From assembly GCA_030390025.1 (NCBI GenBank), contig JASTWF010000034.1, forward strand, positions 4,588,001 through 4,652,000: a stretch of DNA of 64,000 nt, given 5' to 3'. Every line of letters begins with the position of its first letter. The first letter of the stretch is position 1. The stretch comes from Squalus acanthias (Eukaryota). Shown piece by piece: positions 14,203 through 26,300 of the stretch. The notes beneath the pieces are model-generated. The model saw only the letters and a program-made list of their open reading frames with translations, was not told where the DNA came from and searched no databases. Both the position numbers and the translations under genes were made by a program.

Positions 14203-14848
14203 CTGCCGCAATCCTTGTGCGGGGCCCCAGCGCCGCCATCTTTGTGCGCGGCCCCAGAGCCGCCATCTTTGTGCGTGACCCCAGTGCCGCCATCTTTCTG
14301 TCTGGCGCCGGAGCCGCCATATTTGTGCAGGGCGCGGGTGCAGCCATCTTTGTGCTGTGCCCCAGAGACTACTTTTTGTGCTGGTCCCCAGAGACGCCAT
14401 CTTTGTGCAGGGCGCGGGTACCGCCATCTTTGAGCGGGGTTCCAGAGCCACCATCTTTTTGCTGAGCGCCAGAGGAGCCATCTTTGTGCGGAGCGCCAGT
14501 GCCCCCATTTTTGTGCGTGGACCTGGAGCCACCATCTTTGTGCGGGGCCCCAGAGCTGCCATCTTTGTGCGGGGCCCCAGAGCTGCCATCTTTGTGCGGG
14601 TCCCCAGTGCCCCCATTTTTGTGCGTGGACTCGGAGCTGCCATCTTTGTGCGGGTCCCCAGTGCCCCCATTTTTGTGCGCGGACCCGGAGCCACCATCTT
14701 TGTGCGGAACCCCAGAGCCGCCATCTTTGTGCAGGGCCCCAGAGCCGCCAATTTTGTGCGGAGCCCCAGAGCCGCCATATTTGTGCGGAGCCCCAGAGCT
14801 GCCATCTTTGTGCTGGGCCCCGGAGCCGCCATCTCTGTGCGGGGCCCC
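14203..14848. repeat. CpG-rich minisatellite, 27-bp unit (gccgccatctttgtgcggggccccaga), ~24 copies, carrying the YY1 consensus AAGATGGCGGC or variants on the minus strand
   Basis: Direct tandem units; 9-aa periodicity (KMAALGPRT) in the overlapping ORFs. Confidence 0.92.
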
Positions 14849-14904
14849 ACGATATCAGGCCCAGGGAACTGTCAACTCTCAGGCTGCAAAGTCTCCGCTT
14901 CTTC

Positions 14905-15806
14905 TCATCCTTTAATGAATTTTACAATCAGAGTAAAGGGATATTTCCCCACATTCTTCAACTGCTCTCTGAACTTAGTCTGGGTCACGGCGTAAATCCC
15001 AGTGTTTGTGCAGCAACTCAGCAGCTGCAGCATGAATCCCAGTTCCATTATAGAATCAGGTATAAGTACAGAATAATACCCCAACCAGTACATCCGGCTC
15101 CATATAGAATACACCATAAACACTGCCCATAACAGGATGAAATTGCCGGAGATAACAAGCAGTAAAATGATGGATTTCCTGCGGCTCTCCATCTCTGGGT
15201 CTCTGGGACTCTCCCCACTGCATGGACCCCGGAGTCTCCTGCGGGCTCTGCTGGCCACTAAAATGTGTCTGACGGTGACACCATTGAGCAGCAGAATCAC
15301 CACAAATGGGACACACGGGGTGAGAATATAATGAAGGAGCTCGATTGTTCCCCAGACCCGTGACAACTGAACATCGATTGTGACATCACAAAACCAGGGG
15401 TTGTTCACAAGCCCATACCGACCTGTGAACATAAAATACCAGGTGATGTCCTTTAAACCGCTCAGCACAGTCACTGTTCCCAGAACCACAGCCGCCGTTT
15501 TCTCGGTGCAATATTTAGTTTTCAGCTTCTGGCAACAAATGGCCACAAATCGATCAAAGGTGAAAGTGACGGTGAACCAGACAGAACAGTCTGTGGCTGC
15601 GAACAGCAGGACGGCGTGGATATTACACACGGGGATGGACCGCACGAAATAAAACTGTTCCCTATAAACAATGGGAATGTGCCTCAATATCAGGTCGAGG
15701 ATAACGACCAGTAGATCCGCCGCTGCCATGGCCACCAGGTAGCGAGTGACACATTTGGAGAGACCGCACTTTCCCCGAGACAGGATCACAATCGTCACTA
15801 AGTTAA
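14905..15806 (-). CDS. Class A GPCR, GPR139/GPR142-like; main coding exon (second half of TM1 through TM7 and stop)
   Basis: Open ORF of ~300 codons: NLVTIVILSRG (TM1), YLVAMAAADLLVV (TM2), TFDRFVAIC (DRY equivalent), YILTPCVPF (TM5), SGNFILLW (TM6), SCCTNTGIY (TM7). Acceptor ttcccttccacacAG at 15807-15808, phase 1. Confidence 0.92.
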
Positions 15807-17124
15807 CTGTGTGGAAGGGAAATAAACAGGGAAATTATTCATCAGGCTGGGAGCAAAAGCAGCAGTTTGAGGGAATTCGGGGTGAAATCTGCAACTCACT
15901 ACCGACATTGAATGATATAATCTAATCCTATTACCTGTGGAGCTGAATACAGGGCTTATTGTAAGAATAATCGGGAATACATTGTGGAATCAATAAATGA
16001 AATGGGAATAAATACAATATGAAAGTAACAGACGTTTGATCAAGGAGAGATTAAATGATCGATCTACATTTAGCCCAGCAGACAAAAGCACCGCCCGAGG
16101 TACCAGGGACACAAATGACCAGACCCTCTCAGGAAGCCTTCGTGTCCCGGGATCAGTCAGCATTTGGAGCGGTGCAGTTCGCTTCTGTGCCCCTGTGTTA
16201 GGGAGGGGGAAATCCCGCTTGGATTCCTGCTCCTGGTCAGAATATCCATTCTATTTAGAACTGAAAATGAATGCAACAGCAAAATACAGAAACTGCAACC
16301 TTGGCATGCAATAATTACAGGCAATTGTATGTAAAATGTACGGATGTAATATGACAATGCTAAGATAATAAATACAAGTGCACTGCAGTTATAAAGATAA
16401 CTGGGCTATCAGATATGTTTTGGAGATTGAGTTTACTGCATTTTTGTTGAAATACTCAAATTGTAGCTCATTGAAAGGAAGATTTGCCAAGTAACATTGC
16501 AAATAATGGACTCTGAATTAAAGTAAATAGTGATGATTGACCAGGTAATGTCCCACTAAATTCATTTATCAGCATCGAAATCAGACGACTTAACCCACAG
16601 GCAAAGTGCCGCCAAAAGCTGTTGTGATGTATCTGAACACAAATGGAAGAGATTTATCCTTGAACTTTTCAACTGTTGTTTCCAACTTGTGCAGAAAATA
16701 ATATTAGACGAGAAGATACCAAAGGATTTTCTTATCCTCAGTACTTCAGTTACAATCAGCGGGGATTGTTTATCCTGAAGTGCAGCAGAAGGCAATAGAG
16801 AATCACTCTGGGCCTCACTGACAGATCCACTGAACTGTGACAGACGGGCATGGGATCCAATTGTAAATTCAAAACAATGATCAGAAAGAAATGTATTGAA
16901 ATCTGGCTGAATTAACGTTTTGTGAGAATGTAATTTATCCTTGTAATTCTACTTTAGCCATCAGAAGCAGTGCCAATAATGCAGAACTGGAGAGGGTGGG
17001 AAAGGAGACACTGACTGGAGCTGAATGATTAGCGGATATTTCAGACATTTAAAGATGTGGATGTGATCTGCCAGGATTTGTTGCTGTGACTCTGCAAGTA
17101 ACCATACCGAGCATTAGGTGAAAA

Positions 17125-17256
17125 CAAGAGCAAAATACTGCGCATACTGGAAATCTGACATGAAAACAGGAAATGATGGAAATACTCAGCGGGTCAGGCA
17201 GCATCTGTGGAGAGAGAGAGTAACAGAGTTAACGTTTCAGGTCGATGGCCTTTCGC
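17125..17256 (-). mobile_element. Penelope-like 3' fragment with 13-bp TSD (cattaggtgaaaa)
   Basis: Same sequence as 33838-33965; TSD at 17112-17124 and 17257-17269. Confidence 0.75.
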
Positions 17257-17678
17257 CATTAGGTGAAAAGTCTCCTCAACCAAGACAGCATTCTTCTGAT
17301 CTGATACTAATGTTCAGTGTCGGTAGCAGGCTGATGTTCGTTAAATAAAGAGTCACCTCCAATAAATTTACTTGAGTTGAACATTTGAATCTTGGTAACA
17401 CGAAATCACCTTCAGAATCAATAGCTGACAGCAGCGCGGATGGGATGGGGAACGACAAAGAGAGAAACACAGATAATCATGGGGGGAAAAGTGGGTTGGT
17501 TAGCACCTCCGCTGAGCACCTTCGGGGGGTGAGGGGTAACAGGGCGATATGAGCAGGTTGAGAGGGAGAGAGACGTCTGGAGAGATTCGACACTCACCGA
17601 AGGATTTTTGGGTCCTGAGCACCAATTTGGAATTTCATTTTTATTTAATCTTCCTTCTAACGATATTTAGAAGCTTCG

Positions 17679-18819
17679 ATGGGGGCTGCACTAACTCAGG
17701 ACGTCGTCGTACAGCTTCACCTTCGGAGACAGCAGAGGCGGAGAGAGAGAGAGCGGCAAACGCGACCAGAGGGAGTAGGGCCATCATGAGACCTTACCCT
17801 CCCAGGGTATTCAGGGAGGAATTCTCCCCCTATTTTCCATTTGTCTGAGGAGCAGTGTTTCCAATGGCTGCGCTTCAGTAAGGAGGTGATCACTGAGCTC
17901 TGCCATCTCCTGCAACCAGATCTGCAGCCTCAGTTCAGGATCAGGACGTTACTGTCGGTGGCAGTGAAGGTGACAGTGGCTCTGAATTTCTAAGTCAGCG
18001 GTCCCTTTCAGGCTTCTATTAGGGACATAGTGAATATGTCCCAGTTCGCTGTTCATTGTTGCATCCGAGAGGTGACAAAGGCTTTGTATAAGAGGAGACG
18101 CCAGTACATCTCTTCCCATGACCTGGGACAAACAGCGCGAACGCGCATGTGGCTTTGCGAAGATAGCGGGCTTCCCCATGGTTCAGGGCGCCATTGACTA
18201 CATGCATTTGGCATTGTGGGCACCTCATGAGAATGCAGAGGTGTTCAGAAACCACAAGGGCTTCTACTCTCTGAATGTCCAGTGGGTGTGTGACAACAGG
18301 CAGCTCATACTCGCCGTCAATGCCCGCCATCATGGCAGCAGCGACAACACTTATATCCTGCGCCAGACCGCTGTCGCAGACCTCTTCCAACCATCGTGTC
18401 AACCTAGTGGATGGCTCCTCGGGGACAAGGGCGTTCCACTCTGCACCTGGCTGATGACACCGCTCCATAAACCCAACACCCCTGCCGAGCTGCAATACAA
18501 TGAGAGCCAAACCGCCACCAGGAACCTCAGATTAGACGTCGGGGTCTTCAAACAACGGTTCCGGTGTCTGGACCACTCAGGAGGAGCCCTGCACTAATCT
18601 CCAGAGCGAGTCTCCCTCTTCATTGTTGAGTGCTTCATGCTTCATATCATTGCAATGGTGAGGGCCCAACCATTGCCACCAGGGATTGGTGCACCACCTG
18701 AGGAAAAGGATGAGGAGGAGGATGAAGAGGAGAATCAGCAGCACCAACGTGGGAGGGAGGAGCACAATGTTGCCATTGCAAGGGCCGACCGTGAATGGCT
18801 CATAAGACACCGATTCTAA
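17679..18819 (+). pseudogene. HARBI1-like Harbinger DDE transposase, disrupted
   Basis: RPYPPRVFR, LRFSKEVI, VKVTVALNF*, GFPMVQGAID, NHKGFYSLNVQ, WLLGDKG, KQRFRCLDHSGG motifs; in-frame stops and frameshifts; the expected third acidic residue region is altered. Confidence 0.88.
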
Positions 18820-19139
18820 CCCCTTACTGAGAAGATGGCTTCTGGGATGAAGAAGCACATCACTGAAAGCATCCCGCACACCCTGTTGGCGGCCAAAGCG
18901 GCAATGATTCTAATCAGGAAAGATGTAAAGGAACAATAAAAAACATTATTTATGTTACAAAATCTGTGCCATTTATTCAGGACAAACAATTAGAAACAAG
19001 CCCAACAATTCATGAACTAACAAAACTTGTCCTCACAACATGGAGATAAACGGCAAAACAGTCAACAAATATAATAACAACAACCTCGAACTTTCCCACA
19101 ATCATTCCCCCGATTTATTTACAGATTCTACTGTTGGCC

Positions 19140-22100
19140 TTCGAGGGTGACCTCCATCACCTACGCACTTCCAAACTTCCCACCCTACTGCTCCTCTGTA
19201 ATGTGGCCCCACTGGCTGCAGCAAGGGTGACCCTCACCCCCTGCGCATATCCCCTTTTCCCAACCTACTGCTCCTCCTAATGTGGCCCCAGTGGCTGCAG
19301 CGAGGGTGAGCTCCATCACCTGCGCACTTCCCCCCTTCCCACGCTACTGCTCCTCCTAATGTGGCCCCAGAGGCTGCAGCAAGGGTGACCTCCATCCCCT
19401 GCGCATATCCCCCCTTCCCACCCTACTGCACCTCCTAATGTGGACCCAGTGGCGGCAGCAAGGGTGACCTCCATCCCCTGCGCACTTCCCCCCTTCCCAC
19501 CCTACTGCTCCTCCTAATGTGGCCCCCTTGGCTGCAGCAAGTGTGACCTCCATCCCCTGCGCACTTCCCCCCTTCCCACACTACTGCTCCTCCTAATGTG
19601 GCCCCAGTGGCTGCAGCGAGAGTGACCTCCATCCACTGCGCACTTCCCCCCTCCCCACCCTACTGCTCCTCTGTAATGTGCCTCACTGGCTGCAGCAAGG
19701 GTGACCTCCATCCGCTGCGCACTTCCCCCCTTCCCAGCCTACTGCTCCTCTGTAATGTGGCCCCACTGGCTGCAGCAAGGGTGACCTCCATCCCCTGCGC
19801 AGATCCCCCCTTCCCACTCTACTGCTCCTCCTAAAGTGGCCCCACTGGCTGCAGCGAGGGTGACCTCCATCCCCTGCGCATATCCCCCCTTCCCACCCTA
19901 CTGCTCCTCCAAATGTGGCCACACTGGCTGCAGCAAAGGTGACCTCCATCCCCTGCGCACTTGCCCCCTTCCCACCCTACTGCTACTCCAAATGTGGCCC
20001 CTCTGGCAGCAGCGAGGGTGACATCCATCCCCTCCGCAGCTCCCCGCTTCCCACCCTACTGCTCCTCTGTAATGTGGCCCCAAAGGCTGCAGCAAGGGTG
20101 ACCTCCATCCGCTGCGCACTTCCCCTCTTCCCACCCTACTGCTCCACCTAATGTGGCCCTAGTGGCTGCAGCGAGGGTGACCTCCATCCCTTGCGCACTT
20201 TTCCCCTTCCCCCCCTACTGCTCCACCTAATGTGGCCCCACTGGCTGCAGCAAGGTTGACCTCCATCCCCTGCGCACTTCCCCCCTTCCCACCCTACTGC
20301 TCCTCCTAATGTGGCCAAACTGGCTGCAGCGAGGGTGACCTCCATCCCCTGCGCATTTCCCCCCTTCTCACCCTACTGCTCCTCCTAATGTGGCCCCACT
20401 GGCTGCAGCAAGGGTGACCTCCATCCCCTGCGCACTTCCCCCCTTCCCACCCTACTGCTCCTCCTAATGTGGCCCACTGGCTGCAGCGAGGGTGACATCC
20501 ATCCCCTCCGCAATACCCCCCCTTCCCACCCTACTGCTCCTCTGTAATGTTTCCCCAGTGGATAGAGCAAGGGTGACCTCCATCCCCTGCGCACTTCCCA
20601 CTTCCCACCCTACTGCTCCTCCGAATGTGGTCCCAGTGGCTGCAGCAAGGGTGACCTCCATTCCCTGCGCATATCCCCCCTTCCCACCCTACTGCTCCTC
20701 TGTAATGTGGCCCCAGAGGCTGCAGCGAGGTTGACCTCCATCCCCTGCGCACTTCCCCCCTTCCCACCCTACTGCTCCTCCTAATGTGGCCCCAGAGGCT
20801 GCAGCAAGGTTGACCTCCATCCCCTGCACACTTCCCCCCTTCCCACCCTACTGCTGCTCCTAATGTGGCCGCAGTGGCTGCAGCAAGGGTGACCTCCACC
20901 CCCTGCGCACTTGCCCCCCTCCCACCCTACTGCTCCTACTAATGTGGGCCCACTGGCTGCAGCAAGGATGACCTCCACCCCCTGCGTACTTCCCCCCTAA
21001 CCACCCTACTGCTCCTCCTAATGTGGCCCCTCTGTCTGCAGCAAGGGTGACCTCCATCCCCTGCGCACTTCCCCCCCTTCCCACACTACTGCTCCTCCTA
21101 ATGTGGCCCACTGGCTGCAGCAAGGGTGACCTCCATCCGCTGGGCATATCCGCCCTTCCCAACCTACTGCTCCTCCTAATGTGGCCCCAGTGGCTGCAGC
21201 AAGGGTGACCTCCATCCCCTGCGCACTTCCCCCCTTCCCACCCTACTGCTACTCTGTAATGTGGCCCCAGAGGCTGCAGCAAGGGTGACCTCCATCCCCT
21301 GCGCACTTCCCCCCTTCCAACCCTACTGCTCCTCCTAATATGGCCCCAGTGACTTCAGCAAGGGTGATCTTCATCCCCTGCGCACTTACCCCCTTCCCAC
21401 CCTACTGCTCGTCTGTAATGTGGCCCCATAGGCTGCAGCAAGGGTGACCTCCACCCCCTGCGCACTTCCCCCCTTCCCACCCTACTGCTCCTCCTAAAGT
21501 GGCCCCAGTGGCTGCAGCAAGGGTGACCTCCACCCCCTGCGCACTTCCCCCCTTCCCACCCTACTGCTCCTCCTAATGTGGCCCCAGCGGCTGCAGCAAT
21601 GGTGACCTCCATCCCCTGCGCACTTCCCCGCTTTCCACCCTACTACTCCTCCGAATGTGGCCCCAGTGGCTGCAGCAAGGGTGACCTCCATCCCCTGCGC
21701 ACTTCCCCCCTTCCCACCCTACTGCTACTCTGTAATGTGGCCCCAGAGGCTGCAGCAAGGGTGACCTCCATCCCCTGCGCACTTCCCCACTTCCCACCCT
21801 ACTGCTCCTCCTAATGTGGCCCCATTGGCTGCAGCATGGGTGACCTCCACCCCCTGCGCACTTCCCCCCTTCCCACCCTACTGCTCCTCCTACTGTGGCC
21901 CCAGTGGCTGCAGCAAGGGTGACCTCCATCCCCGGCGCAGTTCCCCCCTTCCCACCCTACTGCTCCTCCTAATGTGGCCCACTGTCTGCAGCAAGGGTGA
22001 CCTCCATTCGCTGCGCATAACCGCCCTTCCCACCCTACTGCTCCTCCTAATGTGGCCCCAGTGGCTGCAGCAAGGGGGACCTCCATCCCCTGCGCACTTC

Positions 22101-23340
22101 CCCCCTTCCCACCCTACTGCTCCTCTGTAATGTGGCCCCACTGACTGCAGCAAGGGTGACCTCCATCCCCTGTGCACTTACCCCCTTCCCACCCTGCTGC
22201 TCCTCCTAATGTGGCCCCAGTGACTGCAGCAAGGGTGACCTCCATCTCCTGCGCACTTCCCCCCTTCCCACGCAACTGCTCCTCTGTAATGTGGCCCCAG
22301 AGGCTGCAGCAAGGGTGACCTCCACCCCTTGCGCACTTTCCCCCTTCCCACCCTACTGCTCCTCCTAAAGTGGCCCCACTGGCTGCAGCAAGGGTGACCC
22401 TCACCCCCTGCGCATATCCCCTTTTCCCACCCTACTGCTCCTCCTAATGTGGCCCCAGTGGCTGCAGCGAGGGTGAGCTCCATCACCTGCGCACTTCCCC
22501 CTTCCCACCCTACTGCTCCTCCTAATGTGGCCCCAGAGGCTGCAGCAAGGGTGACCTCCATCCCCTGCGCATATCCCCCCTTCCCACCCTACTGCACCTC
22601 CTAATGTGGCCCCAGAGGCTGCAGCAAGGGTGACCTCCATCCCCTGCGCATATCCCCCCTTCCCACCCTACTGCACCTCCTAATGTGGCCCCAGTGGCTG
22701 CAGCGAGGGTGACCTCCATCCCCTGCGCACTTCCCCCCTTCCCACCATACTGTTCCTCTGTAATGTGGCCCCAGTGGCTGCAGCAAGGGTGAGCTCCATC
22801 CCCTGCGCACTTCCCCCCTTCCCACCCTACTTTTCCTCCTAATGTGGCCCCAGTGGCTGCAGCGAGAGAGACCTCCATCCCCTGCGCACATCCCCCCTTC
22901 CCACCCTACTGCTCCTCTGTAATGTGGCCCCACTGGCTGCAGCAAGGGTGACCTCCATCCGCTGTGCACTTCCCCCTTCCCAGCCTACTGCTCCTCTGTA
23001 ATGTGGCCCCACTGGCTGCAGCAATGGTGACCTCCATCCCCTGCGCAGATCCCCCTTTCCCACCCTACTGCTCCTCTGTAATGTGGCCCCAGTGGCTGCA
23101 GCAAGGGTGAACTCCACCCCCTGCGCACTTCCCCCCTTCCCACCCTACTGCTCCTGCTAATGTGGCCCCAGTGGCTGCAGCGAGGGTGACCTCCATCCCC
23201 TACGCACTTCCCCCCTTCCCACCCTACTGCTCCTCCTAATGTGGCCCAAGTGGCTGCAGCAAGGGTGACCTCCATCCCCTGCGCATATCCCCCCTTCCCA
23301 CCCTACTGCTCCTCCTAATGTGGCCCCAGTGGCTGCAGCT
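19140..23340. repeat. Minisatellite, 79/80-bp unit (ctaatgtggccccagtggctgcagcaagggtgacctccatcccctgcgcacttccccccttcccaccctactgctcctc), ~53 copies
   Basis: Head-to-tail units readable throughout. Confidence 0.96.
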
Positions 23341-26300
23341 AGTCTGATGGAAGGCTGTTGAATGCTGGATCCAGAGATTGGAGATTGCCTTGAAGGACGC
23401 CCTCGACCAGCTCTGGGCCTGGAGGGCCGGGCTGCTGACTGCACCAACGCTGCACGGGCGGCTGCAGTCTGGGCTGGCTGTGTTGCAGGCCGTGCCAAGT
23501 TCAATGGGGAAGTGGCAGTGGTGGGAGCAGGAATGTTGTCATCCTGAGAGAGGACAGTACCTTCCTGCTCGACCGACACATTGTCATTCCCCCAGGCCGA
23601 AGATTAGCATCTGGATCAATCTGCTCGAGCACAGACTGCTGGCCTGCTGCAGTACTGTGCGATTCCCAGGGGACTGTGGGTGACCCTGCGAGGATGGCAG
23701 TACTCCTGCTTGCGTGACATCAATCTGAGACTGCATGACAGCAGTCTGAGTCTGGATGGCACTAACCAATGAACAATTGTATCACTAAGCCATTGCGTTG
23801 CGTCGGCCTGTGCTGCAATGGATCGTGCCACCTCACCCATTACACACGGCTCTGGTTCACCACGGTCTTCCTGCAATTCAACCATCCTCTGCAATGAGGC
23901 AAGGATGGGTTCAAGGGCTTGCACACAGATGATAGCTGTGCTGGCGGCAGAGACTTCCACGCTCCTAGCCAGTGTACCCATGCTGTCAAGCCGCCTTGCC
24001 ATTGCACCCATCAGCTCAGTGTTCATGCTCAAGGCCTGGGTATTCATGGCCGCGATAAAGAGGTCCTCATCCAGGTCCTGTGCAGCAGAACTCGCGCGCC
24101 TGCTTCCCGTACCCACATGGCATTGCTGCAGCCCGCTGGGTCCAGGAGATTCTCCGTAACAGACCCTAACACCCTGCTCCCCTCCAGGGCAGGCGTGGCC
24201 CCAGTGTCTGATGTTTCACCCTCTGCAGGTGGTTTACTATCTGAAAGCAGGAAGGTACTAGAGTGACTTTAGCATCAGGGCAGGGGGGCAGGAAGGGAGC
24301 AAGGACTGGAGACAGTTAGTTGGATTGAAAGTGTAAGCGGCTGGTGTTGTGAGGGTGAAGAGGTGTGAGAGAGGAGAGAAAGCTGATGAACATACCATTG
24401 CTTTCCCAAGGGGGTCGACCTCTCCAGCGGCCACGGCACCTATGACCTGGCTGGCAACGATCCTGTGCACTCTGTCCTCCAACTTAGTCAGGAGGAGTAG
24501 GTCCGCCGGTCCAGCTCCGATGCTTTGCTGCTACCGTCTGTTATGAGAGAACTTGGCCTGCAAGAAAAAGGACAGCTTGTGAGTGAGTGTGCAGCCATGT
24601 GTTTGGCAGATAGAGTCATAGAGTTATACAGCACAGAAAGAGGGCCTTCGGCCTATCGTGTCCGCGCCGGCCATCAAGCCCTATCTATTCTAATCCCATT
24701 TTCCAGCACTTAGTCCGTAGCCTTGTATGCTATGACATTTCAAGTGAACATCTAAATGCTTCTTGAAAGTTGTGAGGGTGCCTGCCTCTACCAGGCTTGC
24801 AGACAGTGAGTTCCAGATTCCAACCACCCTCTGGGTGAAAAAGTTATTCCTCTAAACCCCTCTACACCTCCTGCCCCTTACCTTGAAACTGTGCCCCCTG
24901 GTTATTGACCCCACTAATAATGGGAAAAGTTCCTTTCTATCTACCCTATCTATGCCTATCATAATTGTGTACACCTCAATCAGGTCCCCCCTCAGCCTTC
25001 TCTGATATAAGGAAAACAACCCCAGCCTGCCCAGTCTCTCGTCAAAGCTGAAACGGGCCAGCCCAGGTAACATCCTGGTGAATTTCCTCTGCACCCTCTC
25101 CAATGTAATCACATCCTTCCTATAGTGTGGCGACCAGAACTGCACACAGTATTCCAGCTGTGGCCTAACTAGCGTTTTGTACAGCTCCATCATAACCTCC
25201 CTCCTCTTATATACTATGCCTCGGCTAATTAAGGCAAATATCCAATATGCCTTCTTAACCACCTTATCTACCTGTCCTGCTGCCTTCAGGGATCTATGTA
25301 CATGCAAACCAAGGTCCCTCTGATTCTCTGTCAATCCTAGGGTCCTACCATTCATTGTGTATTCCCTTGCCTTGTTTGTCCTCCCAAAATGCATCACCTC
25401 ACACTCTTCAGTGTTAAATTCCATTTGCCTCTGTTCTGCCTATCTGACCAATCCGTCTATATCGTCTTGCAGCCTGAGGCTTCCCTCCTCGCTATTTACC
25501 ACTCAACCAATTTTCGTGTCATCTGCGAACTCACTGATCATACCCCCTACATTCATATCTAATTCATTAATGTACACTACAAACAGCAAGGGACCCAGCA
25601 CCGATCCCTGCGGTACACCACTGGACACTGGCTTCCATTCACAAAAACTACCTTCGACCATCACCCTCTGCCTGCTGCCACTAAGCCAATTTTGCATCCA
25701 ATGTGCCAAATTGCCCTGGATCCCATGGGCACTTACCTTCTTGACCAGTGTCCCATGCGGAACTTTATCAAAAGCCTTACTGAAGTCCATGTAGAATACA
25801 TCAACTGCACTAGCCTCATCCAAACATCTGGTCACCCCCTCTCAAAATGCAATCAAATTGGTTAGACATGATCTCCCCTGACAAAGCCATGCTGACTATC
25901 CTGGGTTAATCCTTGCCTCTGCAAGTGGAGACTAATTCTGTTTCTCAGAATTTTTCCAATAATTTCCCTACCACTGATAATATGTTCACAGGCCTGTAAT
26001 TCCCTCATTTATCCCTACTACCCTTCTTGAATAATTTTACTACGTTAGCTGTCCTCCAGTCCTCTGGCACCTCCCCTGTGGCCAGAGAGGTTCTGACAAT
26101 TTGTGTCAGAGTCCCTGCAATCTCCTCCCTTGCCTCACACAGCAGCCTCGGATACATCTCCTCTGGGCCTGGGGATTTATCCACTTTTAAGCCCGCTAAA
26201 AACCGCTAGTATCTCCACCCTCTCAATACTAAGTTGTTCAACTATATCACAATCGCCCTGCCTGATTTCTATGCTTACATCATCCTTCTCCATAGTGAAC

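Noticed and set aside
13978..14995. 290-aa and 212-aa repetitive ORFs (KMAALGPRT / AAIFVRGPR)
   Set aside because: A 27-bp stop-free unit opens frames on both strands; no domain or splice support
17679..18819. Domesticated HARBI1 gene
   Set aside because: Contains stops and frameshifts and sits beside a broken Myb partner, so it is a dead transposon copy
19356..23579. Dozens of short ORFs in the 79-bp array
   Set aside because: Periodic translations of the minisatellite
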